This document shows, piece after piece, positions 9,037-17,446 of a stretch of DNA of 64,000 nucleotides. Source of the DNA: Dehalococcoidia bacterium (GTDB lineage Bacteria > Chloroflexota > Dehalococcoidia > Lucifugimonadales > JADFKI01). A program made the translations under genes and the position numbers. The notes below the pieces were generated by a model. It was given only the letters and a program-made list of their open reading frames with translations. It was not told the origin of the DNA and ran no database searches. Location: assembly GCA_965242555.1 (NCBI GenBank), contig CBDESO010000008.1:227577-291576 (forward strand). Direction: 5' to 3'. Positions within the stretch are counted from its first letter, which is position 1. Each line of letters begins with the position of its first letter.

Positions 9037-9990
9037 CTACTCCACCCTAACCAACTTCTGCAACGTCCGCACATCATCCGGCACATCCTCCCCCGCGTTG
9101 CTCATATTCGTCCGCGCCACCTCCCCCACATACACGCTGCGCTCAGAATCCACGCAAATCCCATGCGGCGATATGAACTCCCCCGCGCCCAGCCCATACC
9201 CGCTCCCCAGCCGCGCCAGCGCATTCCCGCGCCGGTCCAGCACCGACACCCGCGGCCCGATATTCGGCACATTGCGCTGCACCGCCATACCCCAACCAAG
9301 CTCCCCCACATAAATATGCTGCTCCGCCGATATGTACAGCGCGCACGGCCGGTGAACATTCGGCCACTGATCCTCGAAATTCCCCTCGGAATCAAAGATC
9401 TGTATCCGATGATTCTCCCTATCCGCCACATACACATACCCATCCGCGTCCGTAACGATATTATGCGCGATGCTGAACTCCCCCGGATCCGTCCCCGGCG
9501 CCCCCCACGAAAACAGCAGCCTGCCCTCAGCCGAATACTTATGCACCCGCGAATTCCCGTACCCGTCCGACACATAAATATCCCCCGTCTTCGGATCCAG
9601 CGCCGTATGCGTGCAGCGATTGAACGGCTGCCCGCTGAACAGCGGCGCCGGCTCCCCCGGCAGCCCCAGCGTCATCAGAACCTCCCCGTCAAGCGTACAC
9701 TGCCGCACCGTATGATCCCCGTCATCCGTGCAATACAGCGTATTATCCGGCCCAGCGCTAACCCCATGCGCCCTTGTGAACACCCCCTCGCCCCACGACC
9801 TCACGAACCTCCCATCCCGGTCGAACACCATCATCGGATGCTCCCCCCGGTTGAACACATACACATTATCCGCCGCATCGGTCGCCACTCCCGCAACCTC
9901 CCGCCACTCATACCCCTCCGGCATCGTCTCCCACTTCGGCTGCGCCCTATACCTAAACTCCCCCGCCCCCATCAAGCCCGCGTCAGACAT
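9037..9990 (-). CDS. NHL-repeat beta-propeller protein (peptidyl-alpha-hydroxyglycine lyase-like)
   Basis: Repeated YV(S/A)D..N.R(I/V)..(F/Y) blades (YVSDGYGNSRVHKY, YVADRENHRIQIFD). Start trimmed to the ATG at 9990 behind an AAAGGGGA RBS. Confidence 0.75.
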   Translation of the reverse strand: MSDAGLMGAGEFRYRAQPKWETMPEGYEWREVAGVATDAADNVYVFNRGEHPMMVFDRDGRFVRSWGEGVFTRAHGVSAGPDNTLYCTDDGDHTVRQCTLDGEVLMTLGLPGEPAPLFSGQPFNRCTHTALDPKTGDIYVSDGYGNSRVHKYSAEGRLLFSWGAPGTDPGEFSIAHNIVTDADGYVYVADRENHRIQIFDSEGNFEDQWPNVHRPCALYISAEQHIYVGELGWGMAVQRNVPNIGPRVSVLDRRGNALARLGSGYGLGAGEFISPHGICVDSERSVYVGEVARTNMSNAGEDVPDDVRTLQKLVRVE

Positions 9991-10139
9991 ATCCAATCCC
10001 CTTTCATTCGCTTGCCTATTCCCTCTAGGCATTGCCATTCTGCTTGCCGCCCCGATTATACACCCTATCGCCCACCCATTTGCAAACCCCTCAAACCAAC
10101 AATGCCATTCCCCCACGAGCGCCCAACCGCTACCCGCCC

Positions 10140-11915
10140 CTACTCGCTGCCCAACGACGGCTGCAGCCCGCGCTCCACCGCATGACGCGCTATCTGCTCC
10201 GCCGCGAACTCAGTCGCCTCATACAAATCAACCAAATCCGACAACCTGTCAACATACAGCATCCCATTCATCGCGTTATGCGCCCGCAACTCCTCCAGCG
10301 TCATCTTGTTTAGCTTAACCCCGTTGCAAGTCCGATGCAGCAGCGCCAGGTTATACAACTCATCGCTGCCACGCGCGCCCTCAGCCGGCCGCCGCGCCCG
10401 TATATGATCCACCTCCAGCAGCGACTCGTCCACGCTGCCATTAGGCCGCCTCGGCTCAAACCCGCACCCCCAGCACACCGGCCCAAACCGATTGATAAGC
10501 AGACGCTTAGCCTCATCTTTCGGGATCCGCCCCGACCAGCTCGCCGTCTGAGCCGACCGCCGCCCCCCGCGCCGCCTAGCCTGCGCCAACCGATGATGCG
10601 GCTCCGGATCATAATCGCTGCGAACCGGCAAATCCCCCGGCCCCAGCGTAACGCTCGCCGTCAACTGCTGCGGCTCCTGAAACCCCCGATGCCTAGTAGC
10701 CGACGCCAACGCCTCCTTAGTGGAATCCGTCATATCCGCCAGCGCGATCCCATTCAGATAAAACCGCCGCTTCAGCATCGTCCAAGCCCGATACGCCATA
10801 TCGCACGCGATCCACCGCCTCCCCAGCCGCTCCGACGCAATCGCAGTAGTAGCGCACCCCGCGAAAATATCCATCACCACATCCCCAGGCTGCGAACTCG
10901 CCCTGATAATCCGCTCATACAACTCCACCGGCTTCTGCGTAGCATACCCCGTCCGCTCCCGCCCCATCGCCGGATTGATGTCCGTCCACAACTCGCCCAT
11001 TGACGCGCCGCGGTCATCGTCCTCATACTTGCGCCGCTGCAGCCTGCCGGTGGGCAAAATAACGAAATTGCCCTTCTGATACTCCTCTTCCATACGTTCC
11101 CTGCTCAGCCGCCACCCCGACGGATGCGGATTAGTGAACCCACGCCACTCATAGCACAGATTGGGACGCGCCCCCATATTAGGCGTCCTCCAGATATGAG
11201 AGCTGTCGTCATAATATCTGCGCCCGTTTTCGTCCGTAAGCGGATACCTCCGCTCCGACTCCTCGGCGGTCAGAGGACGGAAAGGCGTAACCCTAACGCC
11301 GTCCGACTTTGCGTAGAAAAGAATAGTGTCGGTAGTCGCGCCCCACCTTCTAGGCGTGAACTGAGAGCCTCTTTGACTTGATGTGTGCCGCCGCCACACG
11401 ATCCTATCGCGGAAATTCCGCGCCCCGAACACGGCGTCCATCAGCATCCGCAAATACCCGTCCGCGTGGCTATCGCAATGCAAATAAATGCTGCCCGCAG
11501 GCTTCAGCACCCGATGGCACTCCAGCAACCGCGTAGCCATATACGATATGTACGCCGCCTCATTCTCAGTCGCGCACAACTCCACCGACTCTATAACCGA
11601 GTGAACCGCCGGATAATCATCCTGAATCCGCATCTTCCAATCGGGATGAACATCGTCATCCCAACTCCAAATATCCCGCACCCTCGTCTCGCCGCGCCCT
11701 TCGCTATGCTCAACCCCATGCGCCCTAGCCAGCGCCACCTCCTCCGCGAACTCCGCGTCAGTAATAGGCGGACGCGGCCTCCCCGTAAAAGTCTCATTCG
11801 CCGCAAACGGCGGATCAATCGCCACCAAAGCCACGCACTCATTATTCACCCGCCGCAAAAACCGCAGATTATCCATAATCGCCAGCGTCCGATTCTCAAC
11901 ATTCAACTCTGACAT
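10140..11915 (-). CDS. DNA methyltransferase (N6A/N4C, DPPF type, beta-class motif order) fused to a C-terminal HNH endonuclease domain
   Basis: AIDPPF (motif IV) lies upstream of VVMDIFAGCATTAIASERLGRRWIACD (motif I, FxGxG). C-terminus has CWGCG...EVDHIRAR...YNLALLHRTCNGVK (HNH). Start trimmed to MSELNV at 11915. Confidence 0.8.
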   Translation of the reverse strand: MSELNVENRTLAIMDNLRFLRRVNNECVALVAIDPPFAANETFTGRPRPPITDAEFAEEVALARAHGVEHSEGRGETRVRDIWSWDDDVHPDWKMRIQDDYPAVHSVIESVELCATENEAAYISYMATRLLECHRVLKPAGSIYLHCDSHADGYLRMLMDAVFGARNFRDRIVWRRHTSSQRGSQFTPRRWGATTDTILFYAKSDGVRVTPFRPLTAEESERRYPLTDENGRRYYDDSSHIWRTPNMGARPNLCYEWRGFTNPHPSGWRLSRERMEEEYQKGNFVILPTGRLQRRKYEDDDRGASMGELWTDINPAMGRERTGYATQKPVELYERIIRASSQPGDVVMDIFAGCATTAIASERLGRRWIACDMAYRAWTMLKRRFYLNGIALADMTDSTKEALASATRHRGFQEPQQLTASVTLGPGDLPVRSDYDPEPHHRLAQARRRGGRRSAQTASWSGRIPKDEAKRLLINRFGPVCWGCGFEPRRPNGSVDESLLEVDHIRARRPAEGARGSDELYNLALLHRTCNGVKLNKMTLEELRAHNAMNGMLYVDRLSDLVDLYEATEFAAEQIARHAVERGLQPSLGSE

Positions 11916-12055
11916 ACGCATACCCCCGCGCGTTGCGACAAGACGGCCCATTGCTTGCCAAATACCATAGAACAATATATCGCACAACGCAAGCGTCTAA
12001 AAGGCGCATCTTGCGCCAAATTCAGCCCAATCCCCCAAAATTCCAAAATTCACCC

Positions 12056-12085
12056 TTGACACCGCCCTGCCATCACCGCTATTCT
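12056..12085 (+). promoter_or_regulatory. Candidate sigma70-type promoter
   Basis: TTGACA, an 18-nt spacer, then TATTCT, about 85 nt upstream of the start at 12169. Confidence 0.35.
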
Positions 12086-12114
12086 AATTACGAACAAATT
12101 ATCACAAATCCACC

Positions 12115-12148
12115 CAAAAGTTTTTACTACTTTTCCCCAAAAAAGTAG
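12115..12148. repeat. AT-rich three-arm motif, copy 1 (CAAAAGTTTTTACTACTTTTCCCCAAAAAAGTAG)
   Basis: Arms AAAAGT / ACTTTT / AAAAGT. CTACTTTT and AAAAGTAG form an 8-bp hairpin. Related copies at 13684 and 49301. Confidence 0.7.
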
Positions 12149-12168
12149 AGTCCCGGCGGACGATAGGC

Positions 12169-13653
12169 TTGGAGGCAACCAACATGACAACCGCAACCGC
12201 AACCCGCGAACCCACAACGCGGTCAGAGATGCTATCCGAACAAGACCGCGTGCGCCTCAAAATCGCCCGCCGCGTCAACCAACTAACCAACGACGGCGAC
12301 GAGCTAATCCAATTCATGCTAGACACCGTCCGCGGCGAATACCCCGACGCCAAATTCCACCACCGCCAAATCGCCGCCATAGAACTATCCGCGATGGGCG
12401 GCCACCGCCCCCAAGACATGCCCGGCGCCGCATACCGCATCGCCCCCGCCGTCGCCCCCGTCGCCGACGAGAGCGAGCCGCGCCCCAAAAAGCCCAAGCT
12501 AACAATGAAAGAAATCGCCAACTGGCACATGGGCAGGGCAATACGCCAACAATCCAACGACTGCCTCGACCTAATCTCAGCCCTCCACGACTTCCTAGAC
12601 CCGCCCTACGTCTTCCCAAGCGCCAACCCCGACGAGTTCAAATACCAAAAGGCAACCCAAGTCAAGGCGCACCATCAGATGTCCGCCGCCCAAGAAATGC
12701 TAAAGCGGCTCGGCGGCAGCCGAACCCCCGACTGCGCCTTCAAAACTTCCTACCTGGAAGAAAAAATGCTCCACTCCAAACTATCCCGCGACCTCCGCGA
12801 AATAACCGGCGACGGCGTAGAGCTAACCTCATTCCTCTTCTACGTCATCCACAACCCCAAATTCAACGGCTGGGACGAAATCATCACCGATCCCTACACC
12901 CAGACGCACCGCCTCTGGTCAATCAAGCACCTAATCTGGCGCGGCGCGGACATCCCCTGGGAACACATCACCGCCGAGGACATAGAAGAATACTACCGCC
13001 AGCTCGACGAAAAAGAGCGCCAAGAACTGGAACGCCGCCGCGCCGAGCGCAAAGCCGCCGCCAAGCTCACCCCTGAGCAAGAGGCGGAAGTCCTAGCCAT
13101 ATTCGAAGAAACCCAGCGCAAACTAGAAGACGTCCAGGCAAAGGCAGCCGCCAAGGCCGAAAAGAAAGCCAACAAAGCCGCCAAGCGCGCCCACGCCGAC
13201 AAAGCCGCCACCCACGACTACAACAACCCCGCCAACCGCAACGGCAACAACGCCGCTGACAACGGCAACAACGCCGCCAACAACAAGAACGGCGAGATTG
13301 CCAACAGCGCCGCCAACAACAATAATGCCAACAGCGCCGCCAATGGCAACAGCGCCACTGCCGCCGATACCGGCGCGAATATCAACGCGCCCGACACTCC
13401 CACCACCCGCGGCGCAACCGCCGTCGCCAACGCCCTAGCCCGCCACCCCGAAGTCGACCTAGACACCGCCCTTGAAAACCACCACTCCACCGCCGGCATC
13501 CCAAAAGAGGACTTGACCCACGAACAAATCTACGACGCCATCACAGCCGAGGCGAACTTCCAAAAACGCCAAGCAATAATCCAAAGCCGGCTACACCCGG
13601 AAAACTCCGACGCCTCTGAGGACGGCGAACCCCCAAAATCCCGCAGTCCCTAA
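12169..13653 (+). CDS. Hypothetical protein, 494 aa: three internal repeats, a Lys/Glu/Ala coiled-coil-like segment and an Asn/Ala/Gly low-complexity tract
   Basis: ORF track with GC3-rich codons. Repeats by eye: NDGDELIQFMLDTVRG / NDCLDLISALHDFLD / GDGVELTSFLFYVIHN. Low-complexity tract NRNGNNAADNGNNAANNKNG...NNNNANSAANGNS. Confidence 0.65.
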   Translation: MEATNMTTATATREPTTRSEMLSEQDRVRLKIARRVNQLTNDGDELIQFMLDTVRGEYPDAKFHHRQIAAIELSAMGGHRPQDMPGAAYRIAPAVAPVADESEPRPKKPKLTMKEIANWHMGRAIRQQSNDCLDLISALHDFLDPPYVFPSANPDEFKYQKATQVKAHHQMSAAQEMLKRLGGSRTPDCAFKTSYLEEKMLHSKLSRDLREITGDGVELTSFLFYVIHNPKFNGWDEIITDPYTQTHRLWSIKHLIWRGADIPWEHITAEDIEEYYRQLDEKERQELERRRAERKAAAKLTPEQEAEVLAIFEETQRKLEDVQAKAAAKAEKKANKAAKRAHADKAATHDYNNPANRNGNNAADNGNNAANNKNGEIANSAANNNNANSAANGNSATAADTGANINAPDTPTTRGATAVANALARHPEVDLDTALENHHSTAGIPKEDLTHEQIYDAITAEANFQKRQAIIQSRLHPENSDASEDGEPPKSRSP

Positions 13654-13675
13654 CCCCCGCAAATCCGCGGCGCAA

Positions 13676-13725
13676 GCCGCCCCCAAAAGTTTTTTGCTAC
13701 TTTTTTCGTAAAAAAGTAGGGCGGC
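13676..13725. repeat. AT-rich three-arm motif, copy 2, enclosed by a GC clamp
   Basis: GCCGCCC-CCAAAAGTTTTTTGCTACTTTTTTCGTAAAAAAGTA-GGGCGGC. 10-bp A/T hairpin CTACTTTTTT/AAAAAAGTAG. Starts 23 nt after the stop at 13653. Confidence 0.7.
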
Positions 13726-13870
13726 CCCCTGCCCCCGTACCCCCGCTTGGCCCCCGTGCGCCCACTCGCCATTGAATACCGCCCCCATAGCGAGTATCCT
13801 ATACCCACGCCTATCCCCGCAACGCCCCGCGCAAGTCGTCGGCTAAATAGTCGCATAAGGAGAACTCCCC

Positions 13871-14299
13871 ATGATACTAGGAATGCACCACACCGGATTC
13901 GTCGTCAGCGACCTAAACGCCTCCGTCGCATTCTACCGCGACGCCGTAGGCTTGACCCTCATCGGCACCCGCGAGCGCGACGGCGGCCCCATCTCCCAAA
14001 TACTCGGCTACCCAGACACCCACATCAAAATCGCCGAATTCCACTACGGCAACGGCCACCAACTTGAACTCATAGAATACCTCAACCCGCCCGGCGCCGA
14101 CGCCCACATCCAAGAGCGCAACGCCCACGGCGCATCCCACATCGCCTTCGTAGTGGACGACATATTCGCCGCCTACGACCGCCTAGCCGAACACGGCGCG
14201 AAACGCCTAAACCCGCCCATCCAAATCGTTGAGGGCAAAAAAGGCTGCTACATCCAAGACCCCGACGGCAACTGGGTAGAACTCCTCCAACTATCCTAA
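13871..14299 (+). CDS. VOC / glyoxalase-family protein
   Basis: MHHTGFVVSDLNASVAFYRDAVGL...HIAFVVDDI...YIQDPDGNWVELLQ. AAGGAG RBS. Confidence 0.85.
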   Translation: MILGMHHTGFVVSDLNASVAFYRDAVGLTLIGTRERDGGPISQILGYPDTHIKIAEFHYGNGHQLELIEYLNPPGADAHIQERNAHGASHIAFVVDDIFAAYDRLAEHGAKRLNPPIQIVEGKKGCYIQDPDGNWVELLQLS

Positions 14300-14362
14300 C
14301 CCCCGCCAAATCCCAAACCCTAACTTGCGGCATCACGCCCAACCGAATAGAATAGTGGCGCT

Positions 14363-14884
14363 ATGGCAGACGCAAAAGTGGAATTCACCAACACAAGCAG
14401 GCTCGAACCCGACGCGGTCGGCGAACCCGGCAGGCGCATGTTCCGCATCCTAGCCGACAGCGAAAGCAGCTCCGCCGTCCTCTGGATCGAGAAAGAACAC
14501 CTGCTGGAACTCGCTATGGGCATCCAGCAACTCATGGCGACCCTCCCCGAAACCGACGCCGACGGCTACATCCCCCCGGAACGCGAGGCGCCCGGCCTAA
14601 CCCGCCTCGACTTTCGCATCGGCAAACTCGCCCTAGGCCACGACAGCCGCAACGGCCTCTTCCTCATCGACGCCTACGACATGGAAGACGCCCCCGGCGA
14701 CGAACCCACCGTCCGCGTCTGGGCAGACCGCGCCCAGCTGGAAGACTTCGCCGAATCCGCCATCCAAGTCTGCGCCGCAGGCCGCCCACTCTGCCCACTC
14801 TGCGGCAGAGCCATCGACCCCGACGGCCACGCCTGCCCCCGCGTCAACGGCCACGCCAAAATCACCGACCCCGATGACGACTAG
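14363..14884 (+). CDS. DUF3090 family protein
   Basis: AVGEPGRRMFRILA...LWIEKEHL...C-terminal CPLCGRAIDPDGHACPRVNGH, typical of DUF3090 (TIGR03847). Confidence 0.8.
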   Translation: MADAKVEFTNTSRLEPDAVGEPGRRMFRILADSESSSAVLWIEKEHLLELAMGIQQLMATLPETDADGYIPPEREAPGLTRLDFRIGKLALGHDSRNGLFLIDAYDMEDAPGDEPTVRVWADRAQLEDFAESAIQVCAAGRPLCPLCGRAIDPDGHACPRVNGHAKITDPDDD

Positions 14885-15713
14885 CCGCGCCCTCACGCCG
14901 CCGCCCCTGAGCGCGCCCCCGCCGATACCCTTGCCACCACGAAAACAACGCCGCAAACTCCATACCCCCCGCGCCGAGCCTACGCCCGTCCAAATGACCG
15001 AGCGGCAGGCGTTGCCGCTATTGCAATCCGCCCCCGTCATCGGCGGCTACCGCATGCCCTACGGCTCAAACTACACCTTTATGGTCCACCTAGACGCCGG
15101 CGACGGCAACTGCATCCGCGCCATATACAAGCCCCGCGACGGCGAGCGCCCGCTCTACGACTACCCCAGCGGCACCCTCTACCAACGCGAGCGCGCCACC
15201 TTCCTCCTCAGCCGCGCGCTCGGCTGGCCCAACGTCCCCTACACCCTGCTCCGCGAAGGCCCCTACGGCATCGGCTCTATGCAAATGTACATTGATTGCG
15301 ACCCCGAAACCACCTACTTCGACCTCATAGAGCGCAACGCCGACGAACTAGCCAAATTCGCCGTCTTCGACCTGGTTGTCAACAACGGCGACCGCAAAGC
15401 CGGCCACTGCCTCCAAGACGACCACGGCGTCCTATGGAGCATAGACCACGGCCTAACATTCCACCCCGCCTTCAAGCTCCGCACCGTTATGATAGAGTTC
15501 TGGGGCAAGCCCATCCCCGACGCGCTCGCCGCCGACCTGGAACGCCTATTGGCGGCGCTGCAATCCCCCGCCCACGACCTACCCTGCCTGCTCGCCGACC
15601 TCATCACCCCTCAAGAGATGCAATCCCTAACCCAACGCCTAGAATTCGCCCTAGACCGCCGCGCCCTGCCAATGCTAGACCCCTACCGCAACGTCCCCTG
15701 GCCCTGGGTGTAG
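14874..15713 (+). CDS. SCO1664-family (PI3/4-kinase-fold) protein; the start may instead be the ATG at 14994
   Basis: GSNYTFMV...AIYKPRDGERPLYDYP...FDLVVNNGDRKAGHCL...WSIDHGLTFHP. Usual partner of DUF3090. Confidence 0.75.
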   Translation: MTTSRALTPPPLSAPPPIPLPPRKQRRKLHTPRAEPTPVQMTERQALPLLQSAPVIGGYRMPYGSNYTFMVHLDAGDGNCIRAIYKPRDGERPLYDYPSGTLYQRERATFLLSRALGWPNVPYTLLREGPYGIGSMQMYIDCDPETTYFDLIERNADELAKFAVFDLVVNNGDRKAGHCLQDDHGVLWSIDHGLTFHPAFKLRTVMIEFWGKPIPDALAADLERLLAALQSPAHDLPCLLADLITPQEMQSLTQRLEFALDRRALPMLDPYRNVPWPWV

Positions 15714-15733
15714 CGATGATGAGCGTATCCCCG

Positions 15734-17446
15734 CTACGCCTGCTCCGCGATATGCCGCCGGTAGCGCTCCATCTCGCACGCGAACCACAGCGCCATCGCC
15801 CCCCCGCGCTCATCCCACCCGAACACCGCCGGCCTATCCAAATAATCCCGCAGGCTGCCCTGTATCCCCGTCCCCGTGCAGACGTCCACCAGCCCGCCCT
15901 CGCCGTCTATGCGCTCATTGACGCCCTGCCACGCCAACTCCAGCGCATCCCCGAAATCGGCGTCCAGCCAGCCGCGCCGCATCCCGCGCGCCATTGCGTA
16001 GCCTATCATGCAAGTAGCCGTCATCTCTTGATACGAGCCGGGAAAATCAACCACCTGCCGCCACATCCCCGACGGCTGCTGATACCGCAGCAGCGCCACC
16101 AGATGCCGCCTATGCTGCGCCAGCAGCGCCTCGCGGTCGGCGTGATCATCCGGCATATAAGTCAGCGTCTCGGCATACCCCAGCGCCGCGAACCCGTTGC
16201 CCCTGCCCCAAAACCACGCCGCGTCGCGGCAGTGCCAGAACAGCCCGTCATCCTGCTGAACCTCCGCGTCCAGCAAGAACCGCGCCTGTATATCCGAATA
16301 AGCCCTATCCCCCGTGATCCCCTGCGCCCGCCCCAGCATCGCCCCCCCGAAGAACATATCCTCAACCCGGTAATCGTCATCCGACGCCGGCGGTATCCCG
16401 CCCTCGCTGGCGGGCCGATACCCCTCGTCCGCTATCCGAACCAGCAGTTCGCTATATCGGCCGTCCCCCGACGCATCCGCCAGCTCATCCGCCCACACCA
16501 GCCCGGCGAGATTAGGCCCTCCGCCGCTGTCCCCGAACACGCCCCGCATATCGCTCGCCGCGTATCCCCGAACCATTCGCTCTATATCCGCAACCGGGCT
16601 CTCATACTCGGCGTCAAGCTCAGCCAAGCGCAGCCTGCCGCTCAGCGCAACCCCCTGCGTATAGATAACCGGATTGAGCTTATGCCCATACGCCCCCGCC
16701 AGTATGCGCGCCGTTTCTATGGGCGTCCGCGCCCGCCTGCGGTCCAATTCACGCCGCGCCGGCGACGACCCCAGTGCCGATTCCTGCGCCAATATCCGCC
16801 ACAGCGCGGCTATGGCGTCACTCACCGCCTCGCGCGAGCAAGTCAGCCGCAGCGCGGGTATCGCCGCCAGCCGGTTCGCGCTCCCGTCCGACAGCGCGCT
16901 CGCCAGCGAATCGTCGTCCGCTATCGGATATGCGTTCAGCGTCGCCGCTATCCCCTGTATGGACTGCCCCGACGCCTCCCAGCGCATCCCCGCGCCCTCG
17001 CGCACCTCCAGCGCCACATCCGGCGCGTTAAACCCGACCCAGCGCCACAGATAGCGCGCCTCAGGGTCGTTTGCGTCGTCGTAATACCGCCCCTCAGGCG
17101 GATAGCCCGCCGCGGGATTGCCGCCCGATCCGTTGCTCAGCGTCAATCCCTGCAAAAGCCCGTCCGGGTTGCCGCAAGGTATCGCGCTCAGCGCCACATC
17201 CCGCTGCAGCGCCTCGCCCGCCTCGCTGTAGGCGGTCAGCGCCTCAAACGCATTCTCCACATCCTCAGCCCTGCCCGACAGCCCGCTCACCAGCAGCACT
17301 CTTGTGCGCTGCGTGTCCGGCACATAGGCGTCCGCATGCAGCAGCGCGGGTATTCGCCGCTCCGACCGCGTTACGCCGCAAGCGTCCAGTTGCCACAACC
17401 CCGCATGCCGCTCCACAAACGCCTCGCATCTTTCGTTTATATCCAT
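15734..17446 (-). CDS. Two-domain protein: degenerate M14-carboxypeptidase-like N-terminus plus GH88/GH105-type (unsaturated glucuronyl/rhamnogalacturonyl hydrolase-like) C-terminus
   Basis: C-terminus FWHCRDAAWFWGRGNGFAALGY...QQPSGMWRQVVDFPGSYQEMTATCMIGYAMARG. N-terminus VLLVSGLSGRAED...IPCGNPDG lacks an obvious HxxE zinc motif. Start trimmed to the ATG at 17446 behind an AGGAG RBS. Confidence 0.65.
   Translation of the reverse strand: MDINERCEAFVERHAGLWQLDACGVTRSERRIPALLHADAYVPDTQRTRVLLVSGLSGRAEDVENAFEALTAYSEAGEALQRDVALSAIPCGNPDGLLQGLTLSNGSGGNPAAGYPPEGRYYDDANDPEARYLWRWVGFNAPDVALEVREGAGMRWEASGQSIQGIAATLNAYPIADDDSLASALSDGSANRLAAIPALRLTCSREAVSDAIAALWRILAQESALGSSPARRELDRRRARTPIETARILAGAYGHKLNPVIYTQGVALSGRLRLAELDAEYESPVADIERMVRGYAASDMRGVFGDSGGGPNLAGLVWADELADASGDGRYSELLVRIADEGYRPASEGGIPPASDDDYRVEDMFFGGAMLGRAQGITGDRAYSDIQARFLLDAEVQQDDGLFWHCRDAAWFWGRGNGFAALGYAETLTYMPDDHADREALLAQHRRHLVALLRYQQPSGMWRQVVDFPGSYQEMTATCMIGYAMARGMRRGWLDADFGDALELAWQGVNERIDGEGGLVDVCTGTGIQGSLRDYLDRPAVFGWDERGGAMALWFACEMERYRRHIAEQA

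Noticed and set aside
6611-10185. Plus-strand ORFs 6611..8209 (532 aa) and 8674..10185 (503 aa)
   Set aside because: They are antisense shadows of the DUF3500, DUF4377, higBA and NHL genes. Their composition is Pro/Arg/His/Ile-rich and implausible for a real protein.
13216-13390. Repetitive AAC/GGC/GCC DNA that could be mistaken for a repeat array or CRISPR
   Set aside because: The imperfect short codon-level repeats lie inside a coding frame (Asn/Ala/Gly tract). There is no repeat-spacer periodicity, and no cas genes are in the window.
8428-13725. Prophage or integrative element spanning higBA, NHL, MTase-HNH and the orphan protein
   Set aside because: I saw no integrase, terminase, capsid or tail genes, no flanking tRNA and no clear direct repeats apart from the AT-rich motif. 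At most it is a degraded accessory patch, so I did not call it a mobile element.
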